Part shown: piece after piece, positions 27,305 through 36,927 of the stretch
Layout of the letters: the number at the start of each line of letters is the position of its first letter
Position numbering within the stretch: position 1 is the stretch's first letter
IMG/VR virus record: IMGVR_UViG_3300031965_000041
Coordinates: 1-52,135 of that record
Length of the DNA stretch: 52,135 bases
Origin: a virus
Lineage: Duplodnaviria > Caudoviricetes
Strand: one strand, 5' to 3'
Notes under the pieces: generated by a model
What the model was told of the DNA's origin: nothing
The model's database searches: none
What the model saw: the letters and a program-made list of their open reading frames with translations, nothing else
Made by a program: the position numbers and the translations under genes

Positions 27305-27440
27305 TCATTCCTCGCGATGGCAGCATTGGCCCACATCACCGACTCTTCCAGCTTGGTGATGGCCAAGGACTTCTCCCGGCTCTCCGGGCACAAGCTGTTG
27401 ATGAGGTCGGCGAACTCCAGAGCCTTTCGGCGTTGGTCAT
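27301..27440 (-). pseudogene. Frameshifted Acb2/Tad1-like (nucleotide-signal sponge) gene
   Basis: RBS GGAGG plus ATG 27440 (MTNAE) is out of frame with KALEFADLINSLCPESREKSLAITKLEESVMWANAAIARNE. Confidence 0.65.
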
Positions 27441-28228
27441 GGCACCCTCCTGCAAAACGCGTACATGTCCTTGCCGCGGCGCTCGGCAAGGTTCTGCCTC
27501 TGTCCCATCTCGACGGGATCCAACCCTGCCCCGCGCAAGAGTCCGGACCATCCGCCCGTCCACGTCCGCCGCGCCGAATGCACCGGCGTTGTTGCCGCCA
27601 CAGTTACCGGTAGGCGATCCAATCGCTTCGCCGCGCGGTGCAGCCCAGGATCGGAGAACCCCATCTCGAAGTCGGTGACGCGCTCCTGATTCCAGAGACT
27701 CGGACCCCGCTTGGGGATGGTGAGCACGAACACGGATCCCTCCGGGAGTAGACCGGAGATTCCCGCCAACACGCGCTGGGGCTCAGGGATGAACTGGAGC
27801 ACGTTCCGCGCTAGGATGAGGTCGTACCAGCCCACGGACTCGCGCTCGATCTTGAGCCACTCCACCAGGGCCTCCACGGTGTCCTTGATCTGGACGATCC
27901 GGGCGCCTGGGTACTGCTCCCGGCAGCGCGCGACGTGCTCCGGTAGGATCTCTACGCCAGTCATGTCCGACTCGGCCACGTGAAGTTCCCGGCGCAAAAA
28001 CTCGAACGAGTATCCGAGTCCGAAGCCGATGTCGAGGAACCGACAAGGCCGGTGCCCGTCCTCGATGTAGCGTCCGAGAAACCGGGTAACGGCGGTATGG
28101 AGCAGGTTGCCGGTGGCGACCCACTCGGAATGGGTCCAGACCTGGCGGAACTTGGCGTTGGACTGGAGCATCCCCTTCCAGGACTCCCAGGCTTCGCGGT
28201 TCGGCTGCAGGAGGTGCAGGAGGTTCAT
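27437..28228 (-). CDS. Class I SAM-dependent methyltransferase
   Basis: FLDIGFGLG, GVEI, YDLILARNVLQFI. Confidence 0.85.
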   Translation of the reverse strand: MNLLHLLQPNREAWESWKGMLQSNAKFRQVWTHSEWVATGNLLHTAVTRFLGRYIEDGHRPCRFLDIGFGLGYSFEFLRRELHVAESDMTGVEILPEHVARCREQYPGARIVQIKDTVEALVEWLKIERESVGWYDLILARNVLQFIPEPQRVLAGISGLLPEGSVFVLTIPKRGPSLWNQERVTDFEMGFSDPGLHRAAKRLDRLPVTVAATTPVHSARRTWTGGWSGLLRGAGLDPVEMGQRQNLAERRGKDMYAFCRRVP

Positions 28229-29604
28229 CGTGCCTCCACCCGGTGCCGGCTCGGGTTGATGATCGAGGTCTTCCGCTCCTCGTAGCCGCGGTGCGACCAC
28301 ATCAGATCATCCAGCCAGCCCAACTCCCGCAGCGCATCAACCACCTGCTGAAACGCCCGCTCCCAGGACCATTGCTTGTGCACGAGCGCCGATGCGCGGA
28401 GACCCATGTCCTTCACAGCCTCACGGTGCTTGTACGCGAACAGCATCCGCTCCATCAGCTCGCCGATGTCGACCTGAGCATCCTCGCCGAGATCGCTCTG
28501 CGTGGTGAGATACTCGCCAAACTCGGCGTCCACTGGGTCGGCTCCGCGACCGCACACCGGCGCGCGCCGCGCCTGTTGGTCGAAGAACGACGGCCCCATC
28601 ACGGGCGTCAATCCGAGGTAGTTCCCGTCCATCGTCTCCAGGTAGTCCATCGGCCCCGAGTACTCCGTCTGGATGGTCGGCAACCCCGTGGCCATGTGCT
28701 CCAGAGGAATCATCCCGAACCCCTCTGCCCGGTACGGATTCACGGACACGTCGGAGTTGAGGAGAATCGCCCTCATGTCGTCGGGTGAGAACTTGGCCCC
28801 GTAGGTGTCAATCAAGGTGCCGTCGAGCGGGTAGTTGCTGATCTCCCAACGCTTGTTGAATACCGTGGTCCACTTGAGGATCAGCCTGGCGTCGTCCTTG
28901 ATCTCTCCCGACTCCCGTAAGCGAAGGAACGCCTCGCGTACCAGCAGCGCCTGCTTCCGGTCGCCCTCGGAAGACCGGACGCTCCGCGCCGCAATGGCCG
29001 CTTCCGAGTAAGGATCCTTCCCCACAGCCATGAACCACGGAGGTACATTTGTACCGACCGGCACCTCCACCGCGGGGGGCACCACGGGCTCGTCCAGGGT
29101 CATCGGGTAGATGGGGCCGGGGGACATGCCCTGCCAGAGAAAGGTGAACGTATCCCTGTGGGGGCGCCAGATCGGCGGGAACGCTCCCGGGTCCACTCCG
29201 TGATGCACGACGAAGATGGGCACGGTGACGCCGTCGTCGATGAAGTTCTGCTTGCTCCACTCCGAGGTTGTGAAGCATGCATCGAATTCGTTGATGGCCT
29301 CGACCCACGACACCGGGAGGCGCGATGCCTCCCAGGTCGTGTAGACGATGGCTCGATCTGCTTGCCGTTCCCAGATGGTAGGCTCGAGGTGGCGGAACAG
29401 CGGTGCGTGGGCGACCTGCACGAAGTCGACACCCACAGGGGGCGGGCCGCAGTTGCGCACGCCCATGCCCCCTCTTCGCAGGATGGCGCACAACTGCTTG
29501 CGGACGCGGTTGTAGCCCGTGTGCTCGATGTCTGGCGGGTCCCGATAGACCCGCTTCCCATCCACCGTCTTATAGCCGCCCGTGAACCACAGCCCAAACA
29601 TCAT
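28225..29604 (-). CDS. GT-B (GT4-like) glycosyltransferase
   Basis: YTTWEASRLP, TTSEW, VVHHGVD, PYRAEGFGMIPLEHMATGLP. Confidence 0.9.
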   Translation of the reverse strand: MMFGLWFTGGYKTVDGKRVYRDPPDIEHTGYNRVRKQLCAILRRGGMGVRNCGPPPVGVDFVQVAHAPLFRHLEPTIWERQADRAIVYTTWEASRLPVSWVEAINEFDACFTTSEWSKQNFIDDGVTVPIFVVHHGVDPGAFPPIWRPHRDTFTFLWQGMSPGPIYPMTLDEPVVPPAVEVPVGTNVPPWFMAVGKDPYSEAAIAARSVRSSEGDRKQALLVREAFLRLRESGEIKDDARLILKWTTVFNKRWEISNYPLDGTLIDTYGAKFSPDDMRAILLNSDVSVNPYRAEGFGMIPLEHMATGLPTIQTEYSGPMDYLETMDGNYLGLTPVMGPSFFDQQARRAPVCGRGADPVDAEFGEYLTTQSDLGEDAQVDIGELMERMLFAYKHREAVKDMGLRASALVHKQWSWERAFQQVVDALRELGWLDDLMWSHRGYEERKTSIINPSRHRVEAR

Positions 29605-29625
29605 GCCTCCCCACTGAGTTCGGTG

Positions 29626-30120
29626 CTAGACGTGCCAGCCGAGCGCGAACCTGGCCGGAGTCAGGCTCGTGTCCAGCAGGAGCTGGAAGTCGAACGGAAG
29701 CTCCACATCCGAATCCCGCGCGAAGCTGAACGTCATGTCGCCCATGGCAAACGCCCGCGTGGCATCGAAGTAGAGGACCTGATCGTCCGGCCCCGGTCCC
29801 TCGAAGTAGACCTCCACCTCGTCGTCGTCGGAGTCGGTCATGTAGATGGACGAATTCTGGATCTGCGCCTGCTCGATGTTCCACGAATACCCAAAGTTCG
29901 ACCACGGTGCTTCCGCGAACGCCCCGCGGACGTGCATCTCGTTCATGATCGTGCGCGCCTTCAGGTGCGCCGTGTTCTGGTCGACTTCCGAGAGATGCAC
30001 CGAAAGCGACCGGCTGATCTCGACACCGCCCCGGGTGGCCCCTACGTCGGTGCCGGCCGCGCCTCCGATCTTGAACACGGTGACACCACCGCCGAAGATC
30101 TTTCCACTGTCAACAGCCAT
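29626..30120 (-). CDS. Major tail tube protein
   Basis: DVGATRGGVEI...VDQ; size and position fit. Confidence 0.8.
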   Translation of the reverse strand: MAVDSGKIFGGGVTVFKIGGAAGTDVGATRGGVEISRSLSVHLSEVDQNTAHLKARTIMNEMHVRGAFAEAPWSNFGYSWNIEQAQIQNSSIYMTDSDDDEVEVYFEGPGPDDQVLYFDATRAFAMGDMTFSFARDSDVELPFDFQLLLDTSLTPARFALGWHV

Positions 30121-30146
30121 CGTCCTTTCTCCTCACATCCCCACGA

Positions 30147-30605
30147 TCACGCCTTGTCCCGCACGCGCGCAACCATCGTCGCCACCCGGTAGCTGTTCTC
30201 CGGGTCGTCGCGGTCGCGCAGAGTCCCGGTCTGTACCTCGATCCAGGAGTCCTGGAACCGAAGGCCGGAAGAATCGAAATTCCCATGGCCCGGGATCAGC
30301 GCCCGGACCGCATCCATGATTGCCTTGTGCTTCACGTTGTCCGCGTGCTGGCTCTTGTCCACATTCGCAACGACGGACCGCAGATCCACCATGCAGCGGT
30401 AGCTGTGCGTGTAGGGATCCGGCGTGCAGAACTTGACCTCGATGTGCAGCCTGGGCGGGATGAGCCCCGACGGCGCCTTGTCCTGCGTCACGATCCTCCC
30501 TGCTCCGCCAAGCGCCGTCTGGAGCGTTGCGTCCGCCTTGAACACCGCGAACAGCGCCGAGGCAACATCGGTCTCATCAATGGTCAGTTGCGCCAGGGTG
30601 CTCAT
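30147..30605 (-). CDS. Tail terminator/completion protein
   Basis: ALFAVFKADATLQTALG..RI; position before the tube gene. Confidence 0.7.
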   Translation of the reverse strand: MSTLAQLTIDETDVASALFAVFKADATLQTALGGAGRIVTQDKAPSGLIPPRLHIEVKFCTPDPYTHSYRCMVDLRSVVANVDKSQHADNVKHKAIMDAVRALIPGHGNFDSSGLRFQDSWIEVQTGTLRDRDDPENSYRVATMVARVRDKA

Positions 30606-31060
30606 GACACTCTCCGCAGGATCTCGGACGCGCTCCGGATCTTGAGACGGTCACCGAGTAGCTGGGTGAGCACGGGGCGGAAGTGCTCGACCGCACCGCG
30701 CAGCACCCACTTTCCAGCCTTGTACTCGACGAAGATCCCGTACCGCATGCCGGCAAAGAACACGAGCATCGGGCCCGGCGTGTCGTTGACGACGGTCACC
30801 GTCTGTACCCCATCCGTATCGGTGAAGTACTGGACCTGGGCCGTTTCACCAGGTGCCAACACGTACCACGAGATCGACCTGCGCAGGTTTGATGTTTGGT
30901 CTTGCCAAGGCCCGTGGTCCTTGGAGTAGTTCGCCAACTGCTCGCCAAGGTAAGCAAGCGTAGCCGGCGCCTTACGGTCCTTGATGTAGGACGTTACCGC
31001 CCTGATCTTCATTTTTGCCCTAGCAGCCTGCACGCCCATGGATGTGAATGTCTGCGGCAT
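30602..31060 (-). CDS. HK97 gp10-like neck protein
   Basis: WQDQTSNLRRSI...AGMRYGIFVE. Confidence 0.75.
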   Translation of the reverse strand: MPQTFTSMGVQAARAKMKIRAVTSYIKDRKAPATLAYLGEQLANYSKDHGPWQDQTSNLRRSISWYVLAPGETAQVQYFTDTDGVQTVTVVNDTPGPMLVFFAGMRYGIFVEYKAGKWVLRGAVEHFRPVLTQLLGDRLKIRSASEILRRVS

Positions 31061-31422
31061 CAGTTCTCCCCCGGGTCGGACAGCTTCTCGAGAATGACTT
31101 CCTGCGGCAGCCCGGAGCCGTAGTCCTGGACGAACGCCACCCGGTAGCGCTGCGAGTTGGCGTCGGTGGCCATTTGCTCCTCCGCCAGTCCGGACACCCG
31201 GGCCAGTGGGATGAACACATGGGTGGATTGCGGGTCGAGGCCCGTCATGTTCTGTCGCATGTCGCCAGACAGCGGTTGCAGGTCGCCCTCCACGTCCGCC
31301 GCGACCGTAGTGCTGGCAGGAGTGAACTGTCCCGTGGTGGCGTTCTGCGTCGCCGGCGACGGGCTGGTGAACGTCACGGTGGTGGTCCGCAGGGGGTCGG
31401 TGACAACGGCGGTCTTGCTCAC
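31060..31422 (-). CDS. Head closure (stopper) protein
   Basis: Size, synteny and beta-rich sequence; GTGA coupling at 31422. Confidence 0.6.
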   Translation of the reverse strand: MSKTAVVTDPLRTTTVTFTSPSPATQNATTGQFTPASTTVAADVEGDLQPLSGDMRQNMTGLDPQSTHVFIPLARVSGLAEEQMATDANSQRYRVAFVQDYGSGLPQEVILEKLSDPGEN

Positions 31423-32159
31423 GGCGCTCTCCGTCTCTGGCCCGGACTGCGCCACCCATAGGTGCCTTGGCTCTGCAATCCCCCGGTGAGCACGGTCCTG
31501 GGCGAGCCATCCACCTCATGCGGATACCCGGCCGAGAGCACCGCCCCGTGCTGTCGTAGCTTCGCGTAGACGCTCTCCTCGAGTTCCTTGGCCATCGTCC
31601 GGAGTTCTCCGGTGGTGCGCCCGTGGTCCTCCTCGCGCATCCCGACCTTCCAACGTCCTTGTGCACCGCGGTCCTGGGCCAGCTTGCGGTAGTACCGGGC
31701 CACCATCAGATCCGAGAGGTACCCCTCATCGCTGGCCGGCACGGTCAACTCGGCGGCCTCGCTCGACGGCTGGGTGTGCTCGGTGACGCAGTACACCCGG
31801 AGCGCTGTCCCGGCGTCCGGGAGCGTACCCGACAGGCGCACCGTGATCTTGAGCTTGTGCTCCCCTGGCTCGGAGGCGAATTGCTCAAACGGTACCGTGT
31901 AGGCGGCCTCCTCACCGTCGGTGAAATCCCAGATGGACTGGACCCGCCTCACACCCTGGTCCATGGCGTAGTCGGTGGTGTCGGCCAACACCGTGAGGGT
32001 CTTGGTGGTGTGGTATTCGCGGTACCGGGAATAGTCCTGGATGACCTGGCTGACCCAGTTCAACGCGAGATTCGTCGACACGAAGTAGGTGGCCTCGACC
32101 GTATCCCCTACTTCTTCGCGGAACCGTGTGATGACATCGTCTGCGGTAAGCGCCGCCAT
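31419..32159 (-). CDS. Head-tail adaptor protein
   Basis: DVITRFREEVGD...ADTTDYAM; synteny. Confidence 0.65.
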   Translation of the reverse strand: MAALTADDVITRFREEVGDTVEATYFVSTNLALNWVSQVIQDYSRYREYHTTKTLTVLADTTDYAMDQGVRRVQSIWDFTDGEEAAYTVPFEQFASEPGEHKLKITVRLSGTLPDAGTALRVYCVTEHTQPSSEAAELTVPASDEGYLSDLMVARYYRKLAQDRGAQGRWKVGMREEDHGRTTGELRTMAKELEESVYAKLRQHGAVLSAGYPHEVDGSPRTVLTGGLQSQGTYGWRSPGQRRRAP

Positions 32160-32162
32160 GGG

Positions 32163-32690
32163 CTATTCCTGCGGAAGCAGCAGCCCCGGGTTGTCGGTGA
32201 GCGCCTCGACCACCGCTTCGACACCCCGGAATGTCTGCTCGTCCCTGGCGCCCGGCCACAGAACCACCTCGCCCTTGTTCTTGCCGCGCTGCTTGACCTT
32301 GAGACGCTCCTGCTGGCGCAGACCCTCGAGCACATCGAGTACGGGCACAACGCGGCCGTCCTGCAACGACACCTTGGCGTTGTGGAGGTTCCCGCCCTCG
32401 CTGTCCACGACCTGCACGAAGCCCAGTGGGTGCTCCTCTTCGGCTTCGGCGGACTCGAACAGAAGCCCGTTGGTGCTCAGAGCGCGCGGATCCTCCTGTG
32501 GCTTCAGTTCCTCGGGGCTGTCCTGCACCTCGTACCAGCCAGGGTTGGCCTCGTACTTCTCCCGGAGCGCCTCGTCGAAGATGGGCACGAAGGCTCCGTG
32601 CGCAAGGTAGATGCGGTTGCCTCTGCTGTCGCGCTGGACATAGGGGGCGCCGCCGAGGTTCTTGACGTAGAAGGCGGGTGTGTCAGACAT
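32163..32690 (-). CDS. Hypothetical protein after the capsid gene
   Basis: GGAGGA RBS; 175 aa. Confidence 0.65.
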   Translation of the reverse strand: MSDTPAFYVKNLGGAPYVQRDSRGNRIYLAHGAFVPIFDEALREKYEANPGWYEVQDSPEELKPQEDPRALSTNGLLFESAEAEEEHPLGFVQVVDSEGGNLHNAKVSLQDGRVVPVLDVLEGLRQQERLKVKQRGKNKGEVVLWPGARDEQTFRGVEAVVEALTDNPGLLLPQE

Positions 32691-32708
32691 GCAATCCTCC
32701 CCACGATG

Positions 32709-32732
32709 GCCCCCGGGCCGAAACCCGGGGGC
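32709..32732 (-). terminator. GC hairpin downstream of the capsid gene
   Basis: gcccccggg-ccgaaa-cccgggggc; no U tract. Confidence 0.45.
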
Positions 32733-32744
32733 TCAGGATTCTGG

Positions 32745-35700
32745 TTACTCGTCGATGGACAGATACCCGCGGGTCTCCGGGCGCACGCTCAACTGAGCCG
32801 AGCGCTGCCGGATGATGTACTGGTCGGCCATGTTGCCGTTGTACAGGGGGCCGCGGATCTGGAGCGGCACGTACACCGGATAGAACAGGGTGTCCCGCGC
32901 ACCCATGAGCATCCGGTTGTGGTTCTGGTGCTGCGAGACGAAGCTGTTCATTCCGTGGATGCGCCCCCAGGAAGCGCCACCGATGAACGCTTCGGTCCGG
33001 GAACCGGCGTTGCGGTCCACCTTCTCGCCGAACCAAGTGAACTTGTGGCGGTCGCCCAGGTTCACCAGCATCCACGACGGGGGAATGAAGCCGCGGGACT
33101 CGACCATCGCACTCGTCTGCGAGATGTAGTCGATCAGCTCCTTCTTCCAGTCGGGAGCCGAGTAGCCGGGATCGGGAGACGTGGAGTCGAACTCCATCGT
33201 GTTGATGTTCAGGAAGTCGGTCGCGTCGTTGAGCAGGTTCATCCCGCGCAGATCGATCCAATCCGCGAAGTCGCGCACGATCGTGTCCAGCACCAGCGCA
33301 GCCGCGTCGGTGCGCCCGGGGCCATGGTTGGCCAGCGACATGTTGGCGTCCTCGATGGTCCGCCACGAGATCTCCGTGTCCAGGGACAGCTCTTCGACCG
33401 TCCCCGTGCGGTAGTCCAGGTTGGCCTTCGCGCGGCCCGACACGGCGAGTTCCGAGCCGGCGTTGAGATCCGTCTCGGCGATGAGATCCAGCGCTCCCGA
33501 CGTCCATCCGGTCACCGTCACGTCCGTGATCTCTTTGATCCGCTCCCCGGTCTGAGGGAACACCCGGAAGTACTGGCCGGATGCGGTTCCGACGGGCACC
33601 GTCCGTTGGGTGGTGAGTCCCGTGGTGCCGTTTTCATTCGTGTAGGTGATCGTGCAGACGGCGTCGGCCCCACCAATCGCGGTGGTCACCTTGATCCAGG
33701 CGCGCGAGGCGTAGGTGATCGATCCCGCACCGGCCGCGAAGGCAACCGCCTGCGACACCGTGCCGTACGACTGCTCGCCGGTTCGCCGGTAGTTGTTGTA
33801 GGCGATCTTGTAGGAATCGCTCTTGCAGGGAACCAGGGTGGCGATATTCGGCCAGATCGCGGTGGCGAACAGAACCTCGAGGATCCCCTGCCGGATGTCC
33901 GGGTGGAGGGTCCCGAGGGTCGCGGCCGTGGTCATCTCGTTGGCCTCGGCCTTGAAGTCACCGCGGCAGATCGCGTTGAACCGCTTGTACGACTCCATCT
34001 GCCGGAGCTGTGAATCGTTGGTGCCTCGGTCCTGCTGATCCGACATGAAGGGGAAGCCGGCCACCCGGTTGCCCTCGGAGCCGATATGGTCCGAGTACAC
34101 CTCGGACATGACCTGCACCTTCTCCCGAAGGCCGGGGAAGCGTACATCCAGGATGTGCGCCTTCCCGCCGTAGTCGGGGTGCTCGACGTAGACCGGGCGG
34201 TTGCCCAGCCACTTCGACACCACGACGTCGGTGAGGCGAGCGCCGACCGGGCGCCCGTCGGGGTGCTTCTGGCCACGCGGCAGACCCACGCGCTCGTTGT
34301 CGGACTCGACGCAGAGGGTCTCGTAGGGCAGCGTGTTGATGTAGGGCGCCGCCTCGAGCTTCCGATCGTTCCGGCCGCCCGCGGGGTCCTTCTCCGGGAC
34401 CGTATCGGGGGGTAGCCCGGCCGCTTCCATGGCGGCGCGGCGCGCCGCCGCACGGAGACTCTCGAGCTGCTCCCGATGCTTCTTGAATGGGGCCTCCAGC
34501 TCGGAGACCAACGCCTCCTTGAAGGCGTCGCTTTCCGGGGCGAAGCCGGAGTGTTCCTTCTTCACCTTCTCGATTGCCGCCGGAGTCGCTGCGGACACGG
34601 CCTCCAGAACGGCCAGCTTGAACTCGTTGTCCTCGTCGCCGAGTTTGGCGGTGTAGGACTCCAGAGCCGCCTTGCCGGCCGACTTGTACGCCTGTTCGAC
34701 CTGGGCCGCCTTGAGGCTGTCGGCCTCCGTGGCCTTCGCCTTCATGGCTTCGAACTGCGCCTTTACCTCGGGCGACGCGTCCTTCAACAGTTCCTCGAAA
34801 CTCATCGTCTTCCCCTCTTTCCCCACTTCACTTTCCAGTTTCGGAGCCGCTTTGGACGGCCGCTCGTAGGGCGTGTTCGGCCTGTCGCAGAAGTCCGCCC
34901 CGAACCCCTGCTCCGTCTTCATGGCCTTGACGTAATCCACTCCATCGGACTCGTTGACCATTCCGTTGCGCTTGAACCCGGCCAAGGAGATGCCCTTGAC
35001 GAAGTTCGTCTCGGTAAGCAGCGCCACAAGGGCCTGCCCCCGCGGCGTCGAAAGCGTTTCGAACGTGACGCCGATGACGTCTCCGTCCTGAATGTCCCCG
35101 ATGGCCTTGCCGCCCTCGACATAGACCCCGGTAAATTTGGCGGCGATATCGCCCAAGTTGTTGAACCCGCCCGGCATGTTGAGCCGGTCGCCGTGGCTGA
35201 GGTACATGGCGCCGACGGGCCACGGGCCGGTCTCGGTCCAGGCGTCCTCGACCGACTCCACCCGCACCGCGAGCTCGTTGTAGAGAGCCTTCGCGCACTC
35301 GACGGTGTAGTTGGTGTTGGATTTCGTTGTCGCGCCGGCGATCATGAGCGGGACGCGGCCGCGGACCTTGCGTACCCCGCCGGAGTCCCGGACGGCCTCC
35401 AGCTTGGTCGGCCGCGACCAGATGCGGAGATCGCCGGGCTCCCGCTCACGGGTGTTCGCCTCGACGATGTCCGGCGCGCCCAGCTTCAGGGCCTCCACCT
35501 TCAACCCCGTGGCGTCGGCCGGCAGGCCCCGAGACTCCTTGACCACGGTGACGCGGTTGTCGCCGGCGGGGTCTCCATCCTGCGAGACGTCCACCACCTC
35601 GGTCTTGATCGCCACCTGGCGCTCGTTGAATAACTCGAATGTCGCCTTGTCACCGGTGTCCTCGATGACGGTGTAGTCGATGGCGAGGTACTTCCGTTCC

Positions 35701-35873
35701 CCGTCCATCTCGGCGCACACGACGACGTAGCTTGGGAACACTGCCATGACCCATGCATAGCCGCCCTTTTCGAGGTCCTCGTGCTGCTCGTGCAGCCACT
35801 TCTTGACCGCGTTGGAGAGGGTCTCCTCGAACTCGTTCAGGCTGCCCTTGAGAGCTTCCATCTGCGCCGTCAT
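32745..35873 (-). CDS. Fused prohead protease-scaffold-major capsid protein
   Basis: Protease-like region (TKSNTNYT, YLSHGD, TPRGQ, KGISL, ADFCDRP), helical scaffold from MSFEELL, capsid C-terminus (YPVYVPLQIRGP). Confidence 0.85.
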   Translation of the reverse strand: MTAQMEALKGSLNEFEETLSNAVKKWLHEQHEDLEKGGYAWVMAVFPSYVVVCAEMDGERKYLAIDYTVIEDTGDKATFELFNERQVAIKTEVVDVSQDGDPAGDNRVTVVKESRGLPADATGLKVEALKLGAPDIVEANTREREPGDLRIWSRPTKLEAVRDSGGVRKVRGRVPLMIAGATTKSNTNYTVECAKALYNELAVRVESVEDAWTETGPWPVGAMYLSHGDRLNMPGGFNNLGDIAAKFTGVYVEGGKAIGDIQDGDVIGVTFETLSTPRGQALVALLTETNFVKGISLAGFKRNGMVNESDGVDYVKAMKTEQGFGADFCDRPNTPYERPSKAAPKLESEVGKEGKTMSFEELLKDASPEVKAQFEAMKAKATEADSLKAAQVEQAYKSAGKAALESYTAKLGDEDNEFKLAVLEAVSAATPAAIEKVKKEHSGFAPESDAFKEALVSELEAPFKKHREQLESLRAAARRAAMEAAGLPPDTVPEKDPAGGRNDRKLEAAPYINTLPYETLCVESDNERVGLPRGQKHPDGRPVGARLTDVVVSKWLGNRPVYVEHPDYGGKAHILDVRFPGLREKVQVMSEVYSDHIGSEGNRVAGFPFMSDQQDRGTNDSQLRQMESYKRFNAICRGDFKAEANEMTTAATLGTLHPDIRQGILEVLFATAIWPNIATLVPCKSDSYKIAYNNYRRTGEQSYGTVSQAVAFAAGAGSITYASRAWIKVTTAIGGADAVCTITYTNENGTTGLTTQRTVPVGTASGQYFRVFPQTGERIKEITDVTVTGWTSGALDLIAETDLNAGSELAVSGRAKANLDYRTGTVEELSLDTEISWRTIEDANMSLANHGPGRTDAAALVLDTIVRDFADWIDLRGMNLLNDATDFLNINTMEFDSTSPDPGYSAPDWKKELIDYISQTSAMVESRGFIPPSWMLVNLGDRHKFTWFGEKVDRNAGSRTEAFIGGASWGRIHGMNSFVSQHQNHNRMLMGARDTLFYPVYVPLQIRGPLYNGNMADQYIIRQRSAQLSVRPETRGYLSIDE

Positions 35874-35888
35874 AAGTCGTTGCGCCCC

Positions 35889-36374
35889 TTAGTCGTCCGA
35901 GGGGATGAGGAGGTACCAGGAGTAGCTACTGGTATCCACGGTCGCCTTCTGATTGGTGACCACCACCTCGAGGGATACGGCGAGATTCGCGAGTGAGGTG
36001 GTCCCGTGGTTGGTCTCGGCGGCGTAGGAGGTGTCGGTGCGGGCGATGGTGCGCACGGATCCGGAAGTCTGAGCCGCAGGGACGTAGTGCGCCCAGATCT
36101 GGGTCTGGACGGTATCGCCGGTGCCGATGGAGAAGGACACCAACTGCGTGGGCAGGTTGATGTCGTTGTCCTCGTCGAGGAACGGCACGTCCCGAAGCAT
36201 GAACGAGGCGGAGTCGGCTGCGCCGTTGGTGATGCCGGTTGCGGTGATCTTCCACCGCTTCACGTCGCCGAGGTGATCGGGTGTCACGGTGACCGCGGCG
36301 AGCAGCGGCGAAATGCAGAATGCGACCGCCAAAGCGATCGCACAGACAGACAGAACGGGTCGGAAGACCTTCAT
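35889..36374 (-). CDS. Signal-peptide protein directly upstream of the capsid gene
   Basis: MKVFRPVLSVCAIALAVAFCISPLLA; GGAGGAGG RBS. Confidence 0.75.
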   Translation of the reverse strand: MKVFRPVLSVCAIALAVAFCISPLLAAVTVTPDHLGDVKRWKITATGITNGAADSASFMLRDVPFLDEDNDINLPTQLVSFSIGTGDTVQTQIWAHYVPAAQTSGSVRTIARTDTSYAAETNHGTTSLANLAVSLEVVVTNQKATVDTSSYSWYLLIPSDD

Positions 36375-36442
36375 CACTTCCCCTCCTCCACACACACACG
36401 GTCCCCACGTTCGTACTATCTAATACCAACTCCAGCGGAATT

Positions 36443-36715
36443 TTATTCCACGATTTTTTGTAGGCGGCGGACCGCCACCCCATTTCCCGTCCCGTTCCTC
36501 CCGTCACGGGCGGCCCGCCACACGACGTACACCGGTCGTTTGAAGTCTTCAGCCCGACGAAACATCGGCGTGTCGTCCTCCTCCGCCAAGGCGCGGCGGA
36601 TTGCCGCGATCTCGGCCAGAGTGCACCCCAGAGCGATCAGATCCCGGAGCGTGTACTCGATGTCCTCCTGGTCGACGTTCAGGTCGTACTCCAGGCGGAC
36701 GGCAAATCCTGTCAC
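36443..36715 (-). CDS. Hypothetical protein
   Basis: GTGA coupling. Confidence 0.5.
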   Translation of the reverse strand: MTGFAVRLEYDLNVDQEDIEYTLRDLIALGCTLAEIAAIRRALAEEDDTPMFRRAEDFKRPVYVVWRAARDGRNGTGNGVAVRRLQKIVE

Positions 36716-36927
36716 GTCAATCCGAGCTTCCCGAGGTAGTCCTGCTCCTCAGACGGCATGCAACGGATCCGCCGGCGCACAACCGGCACCTCGAGATCCA
36801 GCGCCGCGGCGATCTCGCCGACAGACTTCGCGCCCGCAACCACGGCCTCGGCATAGGCGCGGAAGTTCCCGGATCCCCAATCGGGAGCCCGGAGTCGTTT
36901 CTTGGTTCGTTTCTTGGCCTCAGCCAT
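36712..36927 (-). CDS. Small HTH-like protein
   Basis: KSVGEIAAALDLEVPVVRRRI; AGGAGG RBS. Confidence 0.55.
   Translation of the reverse strand: MAEAKKRTKKRLRAPDWGSGNFRAYAEAVVAGAKSVGEIAAALDLEVPVVRRRIRCMPSEEQDYLGKLGLT

Noticed and set aside
31623-34013. Long plus-strand ORFs (also 934..2451, 3602..5278, 37638..39389)
   Set aside because: Antisense shadows of well-supported minus-strand genes in high-GC DNA; no recognisable motifs.
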